DNA of 62,766 nt, counting the filler, from Choristocarpus tenellus KU-1152 (taxonomy: Eukaryota; Protista; Phaeophyceae), in NCBI GenBank assembly GCA_964200185.2. It is 12 parts of 12 records of this genome, joined end to end, with 100 filler letters (N's around TTAATTAATTAA, not from the genome) between each part and the next. Parts side by side here need not be neighbours in the genome. Positions count along the whole stretch, not along the records: positions 49,301 to 52,819 come from CAXNAD020019481.1; positions 52,920 to 58,095 come from CAXNAD020011607.1; positions 58,196 to 62,766 come from CAXNAD020013967.1; 9 more parts are not named here. One strand, given 5' to 3'. The translations under genes and the position numbers were made by a program. The notes under the pieces were generated by a model. That model saw nothing but the letters and a program-made list of their open reading frames with translations, was not told the origin of the DNA and did not search any database. Each line of letters begins with the position of its first letter. Position 1 is the stretch's first letter. Positions 49,727 through 61,306 of this stretch are shown piece after piece.

Positions 49727-50748
49727 GTAGTCTCCTCAGATGATTCTCTTGAGACGATATCTACTCCAGCCCTTGAGGGGGCGACTTCGCTTTTTCTTGC
49801 CTCCCCTTCGTCTAGAACTAGTCCTGACATGGTCCTCTCCGTCATCTCTTCTTGCATATTAGGTATTCCTCTTGTGTTCAGATCGGGAAGTGTCAGGAAG
49901 TTTGTCTGGCTGTCCTTTAAAGTAATCAATCCATAGTTCCTCCCACCTATGTTCACAAAATCCAATGCAGGCCCACGAGAAGAAGGGATTAATCGCAAAT
50001 ATTTTAACCCATTGCTACAGAAGTCTCCCCCAGATTGAGTTTTAACCCAGGGACAAGTGACATGTTATACAAGATGAAGTTGTAATCTTCCTCATTCTGT
50101 ACACAATGTATATTGACAAATCACCTGTGACTGTCACAGGCAGAACCTTTCCACCTCCAACAATCATCCATGTCCCTATCATAGGCTTTGGGTCTATCAG
50201 AGCAGTAGGGTTATTTGACATGTATCCCGAACACCTACTCCCTAAGAACCAAAGTTAATCCCATTCCACAAGTCTCCCATCATCTCTTAACATCGAGGAC
50301 CGACCGAGTTGAACTGGTGTATCATCAGCATTGCTTTCTCCACCTCCAGATTCTCCAGTGTTGTCAACATCACTAGTTCCCTTTCCTTACCGTTTCTCGT
50401 CCTCATTCTAGTGTTTGGTCCAATGCCCAGTCACTCCAACGGTCCCAGTGCACTTAGGGCAGCATTAAATGCCTTGTGCCCTGTAACTCCCAAACACAGC
50501 AGGCACCTGCATAAGGTCTGGAACACGAGGAAACATCAGTGGGACAAGAAGATGAAATTGCGACCTTCCACAAAACAAGGACTCCAGACGTCATGATTGT
50601 CAATCCGTTCGACATGCTATTCTTCCGCGTCTAGCACGGACTCCACCCATTGTCTGTGTCCCACCATTGCTCTCATCCTTTGTTCTTGTTTACGTTTGCG
50701 CAACCGATATCTCTCACGAGCTCGTCTTTGAAGATTGAGTATGACTAC

Positions 50749-51369
50749 TGTTGAAATATTTCACACTGGACCCGCGGCTTTGCTGTTTTGATGAAAGACA
50801 ATGAATAGCTTGATGTAGATATGCAAGGTGAATATTACAACAGGGGTTATGATCTCAATTCCACTGAGTACGTGGGTGAGACTAGCCTAGACTACAACTA
50901 TTATTTCTATAGTGTGGGGTTTGTAATCATCTACACTAATTTTCTATGAATTACTTATTTACTTGTCTTAAGTATAGAAAGAGCCAAAGTATCTTAGAGG
51001 GTAGAGCCGCGTCCATTTGGGGACCAAAATCCAATGTTGCAATTTTGATGTAATTTTGGCTATCGTTAGGAGATGTCAATATCCTTGTTCTGGACAACAC
51101 CTTTTCATAATGTATAATTTTATTTAGTCCGAAACATTTTGGAGTATGCAAAATGTCATTAATAAACCGTGGGAAGCCAAGCCCCAAATTGACAAACAGG
51201 GAAAAACTCGTACCCTCTAAGATACTTCCACTCAAAGTGTATCTTGAACATGATATAAATCAATCAACACTATGAGCCAGTGCATATAATATATCTGTCA
51301 CTGGCCCTCCATCCTATTACATAACCCACCGGTGGTGTCTACTTGTATCAGCAGCGCTATCTACGAACA
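50749..51369 (+). mobile_element. Solo LTR (family G) containing a MITE
   Basis: TGTTGAAAT...CTACGAACA termini. Flanks ACTAC/GCTGC (aged 5-bp TSD). Homologous fragments lie at ~54160-54349, ~54662-54855 and ~56783-57000(-). Confidence 0.65.
50981..51233 (+). mobile_element. MITE family A nested in a solo LTR
   Basis: GAGCCAAAGTATCTTAGAGGGTA / TACCCTCTAAGATACTTCCACTC. Flanks AAA/AAA. Confidence 0.93.
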
Positions 51370-52632
51370 GCTGCACGCCTTGTCCCAGTAATCTGTCTAA
51401 TCTCGACAAAATACACCTCACTAAGGCGATTGTGCATTACACTTAACCTGACTTCCTTGTTAGACTCATCATCAATGGACATTATCTTCTTCACTAACTT
51501 GCCCAGCTGCAAAATAGCAAGAGTCGGATCTTTCCCCACAGGTAGGTGAAGAGGGTATATCTGGGACTCCTAAACTGCTCTTTCCGTAATTCCGTTCGAA
51601 GTAAAATGGTTCTGAAGTGCCTCAAACGCTTCTGATCGACTCTGTTGGTTGTAAGCTATTTGTCATGCAATTCCACCTAAACCTGTGACCAAAACCGCCA
51701 TAGCTACTCTGGCTTCTTGGACTTCTCTCTAGTCCATCTCATAGCCCCAAACTTGACACAGTTCACTCTTACGTGGTTCATGGTCATTAGAACGTCCTTC
51801 CATCCACCCATAGAAGCACATGAAAGGAAATTTCTCAAGAACGTTGACTACCTTCCCCGTCATCATAGTCGTTGTACGCCATGAACTTCAAAGAGAGTGG
51901 GATGAGTCACTTGCAGGCACTCTCCTGCTGTCCTTGCACGGTGCGCACTTCTGTTGCCTCCTCGTCTTCATCCTCGGAAATTGGACTTGACTTCCTCCCT
52001 ACCATCTTCAACTGCTGTTGCTGGTGTCATCCCTCTCTACTCCACACTTCTTGTCACATGCCTGCTGTTAGCAATGACCGCCTTCATCGGGGTCTCCTTT
52101 CATCAATTCACGCTAGCATGTTAAAGAAGGCATTGTTTCCCAAGACTTAGGTATACAAATGACTTGATGAATACCTTATTAGGTTGGGCAGATTGCAGAT
52201 GAGGTAAGGACAAAAGGAAGAGTGAGCTTTCAAGCTGAAGGGGGTCCTTGCCACCAAATCAATTCTATTCCGTGGATCACTTATCACTAATCACAGATTA
52301 CTCGCTACAATGTTTCATGTTCCTGAACTCTTCCATATTCAAGTCCATTATACCGTACTTATATTCTATTCTTCAGAATACAAACATGATCTCTTCCATC
52401 ATCTGATCATTTCTTACAGAATCTACTCTTAAACATGAACAAGAACACATTCTGGACAGAAATCCCACATAGGATGTATGTAAAACATGTCAAGGTATTG
52501 AAATGCCTTTTCCATGCAAGTTTTGTATGTTGTTAGAGTATGTGCCTGAGAATGCACATATTATCGGTCGGCTCACCCGGGTAGTATTCCTGGAGAGGTC
52601 AAGTCGTCTGACTGATGGTGCAAGCCGTTTAC

Positions 52633-52819
52633 CGAGTTAGAGTAAACGAGAGGTACCCAGGTTTTGGGCGTTTTTGTTCAAAGTCAATTTTTCAATATTT
52701 TGTAATTCATCGATATTTTTGTTGATGAAGTGCTAAGTTTCGCTTGAGTATTGATTTCTCTATTGTCAGAATATGGCTCAAAGTATCTGGGAGGGGGTGG
52801 CGGCTGTCCATTTGGGGTC
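52633..52819 (+). mobile_element. MITE family B (52633-52774) interrupted by family C (52775-52819)
   Basis: AGTAAACGAGAGGTACCCAGG and the family B body are followed directly by GGCTCAAAGTATCTGGGAGGGGG up to the contig end. Confidence 0.75.
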
Positions 52820-52919
52820 NNNNNNNNNNNNNNNNNNNNNNNNNNNNNNNNNNNNNNNNNNNNTTAATTAATTAANNNNNNNNNNNNNNNNNNNNNNNNN
52901 NNNNNNNNNNNNNNNNNNN

Positions 52920-54110
52920 GTAATACTACCCTGCACATGATGGGTGATACCTTATAATGTACTTCATACGGACCCCTTCAAGGGTGAAGTAACTTCGGAT
53001 TTGGACCATCAGTACTCTTATGCGGCCTATGGACTAGAACTTGATCACCAGGTACGAAAATGAGGAGCACGAGACGTCGGTTGGTACACTCGTGTTTTTA
53101 ACGTGTTAATGAAGGTTAAGCCATGCCAACTCAAATACAAGTTGAAAATATCTTTGATTTTCTGAGTAAACTCTTCAGTAGTGAAATCTGAAGCAGCATT
53201 AGACCAACCAAGGATATCTGGCTAAATCACTTGATGAACACCATTCCACAGTATGGGACAAAGTCTGAAAATAGAATCTTTCACTACCCCTTGAAGAAGT
53301 TTCGGTAGAAATTCCACGCAACGATCATCAATATTTTCAGATAGATGTTGGGTCGTACTGACGGAAGTGTGGAGTGATTTCGACATGCCATTTGGAGAAA
53401 TAAAAAAGTAGGAAATCTTCTTCTCTCCAAAACCTGCAATCGCCAGACCAGTCGAGATTCCCAAAGTGAAACATCTAAAACGATTCCTCCAAGCGTTGTC
53501 TGTGGGTACGAGATGCCGCTATTGCTTCCGACAGGTCTTACATTGAAGACGCAGTTTCCTGGGGTATGAAGCTTCAAGAGATCCTCAAGTCATTCGGTTG
53601 TATGGCATTTGTGATCGCGCACTGGTTGACATGGTGCGCAATGAACGTGGGGATAGTATCGCTGAACTGAGCCTGCAAAGTGGCCACCTCACAAGCAGTT
53701 GAACGTGGAGGAGAGACAGGACTGTCCTGGAAAAGGACACAACGAGTGTCACGGTCGCCCGAGGTGACACAATTCTCGAGGGTGGATTTACGATACGGTT
53801 CCTACATGACCACAACGATCTGTTGGGGAAGATGGGGGGGGAACTCGTCTACGATCCACGTTTCTTGCATAGTTAGAAGATGTGGACAAGTGACTGGAGG
53901 AACCAAAATCACGGTTTGTTGAGGATGCCATGTCTTCCACTGAGTCGTTTTCATCAACCTATTCTTCGACTTATCTTGATTCCTCCAAATGTTGGGCCAG
54001 GTGCTCCTGCTCACGACTTTTTCTTGGTCTTGATTTCGGCATGTTTGTTCAGTGGTCAAACAAAAACTCAGCCGTCACCCTATCTCTGAGGACACCGATG
54101 TCGTCAATAT
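52920..54110 (-). mobile_element. Decayed Ty3/Gypsy internal region (integrase GPY/F C-terminus)
   Basis: 52920-53060(-) reads FVPGDQVLVHRPHKSTDGPNPKLLHP*RGPYEV..SPIMCRV. The upstream part is degenerate and the right boundary is approximate. Confidence 0.75.
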
Positions 54111-55622
54111 AAATCGTGTGATTCTGTGGCGGTGTGGTTCACTCAGGCAAGGGTGGTATATGACATATCAACTGATGATCTAATATAATGTTCCTACAGT
54201 ACATGAACGTTGGGTAGAGCTCCACTGAAATATACGGAAACATGTACCTGGCTCGACCTTTCCTCCACTACTCCACAGGTGGTGTCTATCTTTCCTAATC
54301 TACTCCACCGATGGTGTCTATAGTGTATCAACAGCACTATCTACGAATACTCTCCTATGCTGTGCAGACACTATGCACCCTTAGAATCTATTTCTCTGAA
54401 ACTTCAAGAACGAAACAATCTTCTCCCAACTCTTTTTAAAACAATCACAAATACACCCTGACACCAATGTTGACATTGGGTCTGTGTAGGTACTATAAAT
54501 CAGTCATCAATCTACTACCATTCTATTGCAGTCTCTGTGTAAACATTCTTGGGCCATTCTCCTGTAGGTCCTTGACAATACCATGCTGTATCTCCTACAA
54601 TCGACAAAATCCTCCCTAGTACATCATTACATGCAACAAATAGAAAAACAGTAGTTACTATTAATGCTTGATGTAGATATACAATATTAATGTTACAAAG
54701 GGCTTGTGATCTCAACTCCGCTGACTGGATTGGTGGGGTTGAGGCAAGTGCAGACTACCAGGTGGGATTTGCAACGTCCACATGGATAATCAGAAAATAA
54801 TACTATTTACGTATCTTACGTACCATGTACGACATATCAACTGATAATCTAATATCAACCTATATACATATGTATATATACTAAGACCCAAGTGATCCCT
54901 GTTTGTCCATCCTTCTGTATGCATTATAAATAGGATTTTTTTGTGTGTTTGTGTGTCTACTGTATATGTTTTGCATTGATATACGTGTTGTATTTGTTGC
55001 TTCAATGTTTCTTATTTTTTCAGATCCTTCCGACCGCATTCGGAGTCGTGTCATGTAGGTACTAAGTAAGACCCAAGCAATCCCTGTTTGTCCATCCTTC
55101 TGTATGCATTATATATATATATATATATGTCTGTACGTTACTAGTACTAGTGTTTTATACTTGGGGCCTACTCAGGAGTACACGTCAAATCTATGTGGAG
55201 ATTGGAATGCTCCCGTAGCACTTCTCACAATGAGAAATGAAATTTGAAATAGATACAGGGTATAGTTAGTGCTACAATACAATGCATGTATGTAGTACTG
55301 AGACTTTATTTTCTCTCCCCCCCATCCCCCTCCAACACTGCCTCATCTGATTACTCCTGGCCTCTCTCTTCTTTCACACTGCAACAGGTTGCAGGCGTTA
55401 TCTGAGCTCTTGCTCATGGTGCAGACCCCTCGGAAGGGCAGAGGGAGGGGATCTACTCCACCGTGCTCATGATACTGCAGGCGAGGAACGTTCCTAACAC
55501 AGTGCTACAAGATAGTGATAGAAACAACTTGTGGGAGGGTCAGAAGGGAGACAGGCTTCTGCGACAATTTCTTCAGAGTAGTGTGTTGGGAATGGGTGGG
55601 GGGATTGTGAAATCAACAAATG

Positions 55623-55663
<41 letters not shown>

Positions 55664-56462
55664 GTTGAATACTGCTGTAGGTCATGCGAACTATGTCTGA
55701 TAGATAGGGTGACACACGCTGTCTAGTCATCGGTGACGACATTTACCTGGTTGTTTCTTAATCATTGAAGCGTGGATGGATGCATTGAAGCTATGCCTTG
55801 CATTGTGTAATACCTCTCATTTATGTTTTTGTATATCACTATTATTATTAGAAGTAGTAGTAGTAGCAATAGTAGTAGTAGTATTTATAAATCGGGAGTC
55901 GCCGTCTATTTCTTGCTCCCTTTTTTTTTGCTATCTGTGCAGCATGAACTGCTGTGTGTACCTTTCCTTTAAAAAAAATCGTGTTGCAAGATGTCATTGA
56001 AGTGTAGGTGTGAAAGTCTTTTTTTAATGTTGTCATTACACAGTTGGATGTCGTTGAATACAAAATCGCATCCTAGGTCCTATAAACCTAATCCCTTGTA
56101 ATTCTGCTGATATCATGCTACCGAGCACTACGTAGCACTCTAGAGTAGTGAATTAGCAACGTTCTTTTGGTTGCAGTAGTTTGGGTCTAACAGCCCCGTG
56201 GGGATTTCCAAGCTGTTCTTGTAGTCTCATTCATCAACTCCTACCAAAACCTTGTACATTTTTCTTTTTTCGTTCTTGTTGACAAAGAACACCCAGGAAT
56301 AAATACGTAAATTTTTACTCTCTATGTGTAAGCTGCAGATTTTTTTAATTCTAACAATAGTGCTGTAAGTATGAGGATGCTCATTCCCTTCCTCCCCTAC
56401 GTCCCCCCCCCCCCCCCCCCCCCCCCNNNNNNNNNCCGATAATAGTAGTGTGTCTCTTCCTC

Positions 56463-56496
<34 letters not shown>

Positions 56497-56545
56497 ACAA
56501 CTTCCGAAAATGGAACGTTACACACATCCTTGTACACTGCTTCAG

Positions 56546-56677
56546 GATCTTCCTGCAGAAGAGCTTCAGGATGCATTTGACTGCATAGATCGGGTCGTCC
56601 GACATCACTCTTGCTCCTCCGTTGTTGTGGATGGCGGAGATGAGGACAAGGATGAAGAAGAGGGATACAGCGCTGAG
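56546..56677 (+). CDS. Candidate internal exon, unknown protein
   Basis: CAG|DLPAEELQDAFDCIDRVVRHHSCSSVVVDGGDEDKDEEEGYSAE|GT. It is phase 0 and has coding-like composition. Confidence 0.4.
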
Positions 56678-57971
56678 GTGTACAGATAGGGGGTGTTGGT
56701 CAGAGCCGCCTCTCACCAGGGATGTGAGCACCTCTTGTACAAGCTTGCTTGAACAAATCAAGCATTTTAAGGGTATACCCTATGGTACATATGATACATA
56801 GATAATATTATTTTCTGATTATCCATGTGGACATTGCAAATCCCACCTGGTAGTCTGCACTTGTCTCACCCCCACCAATTCAGTCAGCGAAATTGAGACC
56901 ACAAGCCCCTTGTAACATTCATATTGTATATCTACATCAAGCTATTCATTGTCCTCTATGAATGAACACAGCCACGGGTCCAGTGTGGAATATTTCAACA
57001 AAGGATTGCCATGAAAACTGCACCTGCCCGACAGTCAATGGCAACAAAATGTCCGACCTAGTAGGGATCTTTGACGGTGCTTTCCGTTATTGTTGTTTCC
57101 TCTCGTACTTGGGGCAACATCTGGGGGCTTTCTCTTGGAAATGGTGAGGGTGACCACAAGAGGCAGAAACGAGAGCGCCGAGATCATGAGAAGTAGAATA
57201 TCTGCACTGTCATGGTTGAAATTTTGGATAGGTTGAGCGATACAACAAGAGGGCAGGGGGGGATAGGTGGGGAGTGGGGTTGGTTGGAGTTTCCCAAGTC
57301 AACGGTGATGCAATCTATCTCTGGAATCAAGTGTGAAAGAAATCGCTGATCGTTTGAGCAGCAGATGTCGTATCTCTCTGTAAAGGAGGTTATTGAGGAT
57401 TCACATGGTGTCCATGATCCTCGACTTTCAGAGTGGGTCTCGCTATACAGAGAGATAGCGTAGACAATGTCTTAAATACCAACGGCACATACGAACGACA
57501 CAAGGAGAGAGCCATCTCCTTGATGTCAGTATAGGATCGAATTGCTTTTATGATGCCAACCCTTCCATCGTGATAGGTACAAAATGGATATCTATAGTAC
57601 AAGTCCACCATCGACCTCATTTGATTATCACTTTATTCACTATTGTTTGAAAGAGGAGGTTGTTATTAATCCCTGAGTTCAGTGGAGGGTCTTCCGTGGG
57701 AATGAATCTATGTGGAATCTCTTCAAGAGACCAGTTTCACAAGTATGGGACTGCTCTCCCTTCAGAGTTGTCAAACATGAATGATTCACGAGGTTCTCAC
57801 GTCTTGATATTTGCGATGGTCCTCTCTCACAAGATCCTCAGTTGGTCAGCCGCCACAGTTTTATGCAAGCAGTCTTGCATTTGTCCAACTTTAACCTCAT
57901 CCTCTCGGTTACGGTTTGTCTTGGTCCGCCTGGTCCATCTTGCTGGGTAATTCTCTTCTCCAACGAACCTA

Positions 57972-58088
57972 ACCAACAGTCATTTTTTGCTGACATCTCA
58001 AATCCGATACGTGCGACTGGTCACTTTTTTCGTGTGATTTGGTCGCACGTGTCGGATTTGAAATGTCAGCAAAAAAAGAGTTGTTTGA
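57972..58088. repeat. Hairpin/palindrome with ~35-bp arms
   Basis: TTTTTTGCTGACATCTCAAATCCGATACGTGCGAC / GTCGCACGTGTCGGATTTGAAATGTCAGCAAAAAA. Confidence 0.9.
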
Positions 58089-58195
58089 CCGAAACNNNNN
58101 NNNNNNNNNNNNNNNNNNNNNNNNNNNNNNNNNNNNNNNTTAATTAATTAANNNNNNNNNNNNNNNNNNNNNNNNNNNNNNNNNNNNNNNNNNNN

Positions 58196-60463
58196 GAATG
58201 GGATATATTATTGTTGAAAACGATTTCGGCGCTTGTTGTGGAGGGCACCGCTACGATTCGGAAGCAACCTCGACCAAGCCAAAGGTATCAGGACAGACGG
58301 ACCCCCCTGGGGGAGCCGGTAACGGTTTTGGTATGCTTATATTATGTATGGTACACTACGTATTGTATTATACAATACATACATACGTCTTCTTCCAGTA
58401 GTTATAAATATTTAGAAAGGGCGATGTGGTTTGTACAAGAAAGGGATAGATAGGTCACATCCACCAAAAAACTAACCGAAGTTGTAAATCCGAATATAGT
58501 ATGTGATTTGTATCTTTTAAAATACAAATAACATACTTCATTGATATTGTACGTTTCCAATGTTCAGAAACCAACTTTGTTGGAGCCTCGGGCTATCGGC
58601 GGGACCACCCTGAGATCGATGATCCTGAAAATCCGTGCATTACGCATTTTGGAAGTTGTAAATCCGAATATAGTATGTGATTTGTATCGTTTAAAATACA
58701 AGTCACATACTTAATTGGAATTGTACGTTTGTGCTACGGGAGATTCATTGGACCCGTCATGAGATCCATGATCCTCAAAATCTTGCAATTTATTGGACGG
58801 AAGTTGTAAAAACGATTATAACCGTACTTACAATTTCTTTTACATGCAAAGCACATACTTCATTGATCTCGTACTTTTCCAATATTCAGAAATCAAAAGG
58901 TCAACAAAAAGTAGCACCCTCTAAGTTTTTGAAATACAAAATCTTAAATTGTTGGACTTTGCATTCTTAAAAACTCTAGAGACGACAAAAAGGGGTTATT
59001 TGAGTTTCGAAGCGCCATTCCACACTTCAAAACTCAAGGACACCCAAAACACCTGCATGAGGATTTTTAGAGATAGTAAATCCAGTAATAACCGTTCTTA
59101 CCATTTTTGAAAATACCGAGCACGCACTTTATGGATCTCAAACGTTTCCAATTTCCATAAACAAAAAGATCACTTCCAACTGGTACCCACAATTTATTTA
59201 AATACTAGAACCGCTTTTTGGCGACCTTAGTATTTTTAAAAATACAAGAGACCATAATAAAGCGGATCTATAGTTTTCAAGATCCATTTCGATGTTGTAA
59301 ACCCAAGGACAGCCAAAACATGTGCGTTAGGGTTTTTACAAAATAATAATGATATTCTAATCCTTATATCAACAAATACAATTACAAATCACATCCTTCA
59401 TTGATGCAATATGTTTCAAACGTACGAAACGAAAAGATGACAAAAAAAAGGTTAGTTTTTTTGTGGATGTGACCTATCTATCCCTTTCTTGTACAAACCA
59501 CATCGCCCTTTCTTAAATATTTATAACTACTGGAAGAAGACGTATGTATGTATTATTGTATATGTCAGGGAAAGGTTCCTTTTTGGGATCTCCGACACAC
59601 ACCTTATATATAAGGCGCGCGGTCAGATACAATTGCGCGCGCCAAACACGTCATTTGAGCCATCCATACCGACTAGTCCAAATAACAGTCATCTTCATGA
59701 CATCCGGATTTGACCAAACAGCCAAAATGGATCCTCAGAACGAAGAACCATTCCGATTCTGAAAAATCCATTTCTTTGCAGTGACATTGCTCAGTCATTC
59801 TGGAAACATACGTCACATATTATGATCTGTTATGAGATTAGAGCCAAAGACCTTGAAACTCGGTGTCACCCTCTGAGGTGAAGGAGTTTCATTCCGGTGA
59901 TTGTGCTTGCCCCCTTGAGCAGAGAACTTGGCATCTTTGACGCTTTCACAGTGGTACTCACGCCGAGGCTTCAAGGGGAGCTAACTCATGCCTGCGTTAC
60001 GTCGGACACTACTACCCCCACACCTGCTGCAACGTCGCACACTAGCAGCAATACCAAAGAGAATTCCGCAACTCGCAAAGGGAAGAAGAAGACGACCCAT
60101 GCATCGCCAACAATCAAAGGAGGTAATGAGGGGGGTAGGCACCTTTGACACTTTCACATATACTACAATACGTAGTGTACCATACATAATATATGCATAC
60201 CAAAACCGTTACTGGCTCCCCCAGGGGGGCCCGTCTGTCCTTATACCTTTGGCTTGGTCGAGGTCGCTTCCGAATCATAGCGGTGCCCTCCACAACAAGC
60301 GCCGAAATCTTTTTCAACAAAAATATATCCCATTCAAAAAGGGGTCCTTAAAAAGTGCCGCAACATTTACAAAAAAAACTTATGGGCACTTTCCGCGCAC
60401 CCTTCTGGGTCAAACTCATCCTCCATGAAATGCTCCATCCTTAATTTTGCCGAGAGGCTGTTA
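58196..60463. mobile_element. Foldback-like element: family D long inverted arms around a degenerate tandem array
   Basis: The left arm 58196-58477 (truncated by the contig start) is the reverse complement of the right arm 59450-60463. The interior 58478-59449 consists of ~150-270 bp related units. Confidence 0.7.
59563..60158. mobile_element. Solo LTR (596 bp) inserted in a family D arm
   Basis: TGT...ACA termini with TATA/TATA 4-bp TSD. It is absent from the other D copies, which show the empty site. Confidence 0.75.
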
Positions 60464-61220
60464 TAATTGCTTTATTACGTATGATGGTGATAGCATGCTC
60501 GTTCCCCCAGGATGTGTGTAGTACCATGGGGTTGTATAGGGGGTAATACTTTCATTATCTTTAACTTATTTTACTGCTTATTTTTTACTGGGCAACAGGT
60601 GTTTCCTATGTGTGTACTCCTAAAACGAAGTCTCCTAGAGTGTATCTATGGCATCAGTTAAGAGTCTATTTGTTGGTGTGCATCAGTCGAGCATGTGGTA
60701 TCTATCTTCTCTACACTACAGCACCTCTGCTCACTTCTGATTATTTATTTTTAATGAGCAAGATGTCTGAGCATATTAAGGTTAGTACCAAATATAACAG
60801 ACAACAATTGGTTGGGCCAACGACTGGAGGTCAAATCGACTATCTCCGCAGACGGATATTAGGGAGATCGGAGGATTGGGACGAAGTGAAACGTATAACG
60901 TCATCATACACATAAAATGATGAAGGCACATGTGTTCAATAACTCCGTAACTCTGTTCCATATATATTATTATGCCCTCTTGACATTTTGCAGATGTGTC
61001 GGGGAAGACCAATGAAAACTATAGATAATACGTCAGTGTAAGCCCTAAAGAAATAAAATATCATAAATGTGAAAACACTCTTTCCATTGTAGGTTTCAGT
61101 CCTACCGTTCTGCAGAAGGTGACATTTGGTACCCTGACATTTAAAATAATTCGACGAAATGCATTTGATCTATTGAACTACACATGTGTGGTACGGGAGA
61201 TGAGAAGACTAGAGCCGCAC

Positions 61221-61306
61221 CTGGTCTTCTTGATGTAAGTGCGATCCAGAATAAAATTCGTAGGTACTTTTCGTCAGGATGTTCAAGGAGTGAAGGTGGC
61301 ATCAGC
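61221..61306 (-). CDS. Candidate internal exon, unknown protein
   Basis: AAG|LMPPSLLEHPDEKYLRILFWIALTSRRP|GTGCGG. It is open in only one frame, and no family was recognised. Confidence 0.3.

Larger units (their letters stand above)
49730..51870 (-). mobile_element. Decayed Ty1/Copia gag-protease region, interrupted by a solo LTR
   Basis: Minus strand: gag-like GKDPTLAILQLGKLVKKI (51357-51539), a zinc-knuckle-like CLLCLGVTGHKAFN (~50460-50510), and a protease region SGYMSNNPTALID..IVGGGKVLPVTVTG..NMSLVPGLKLNL (~50030-50240). Confidence 0.75.
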
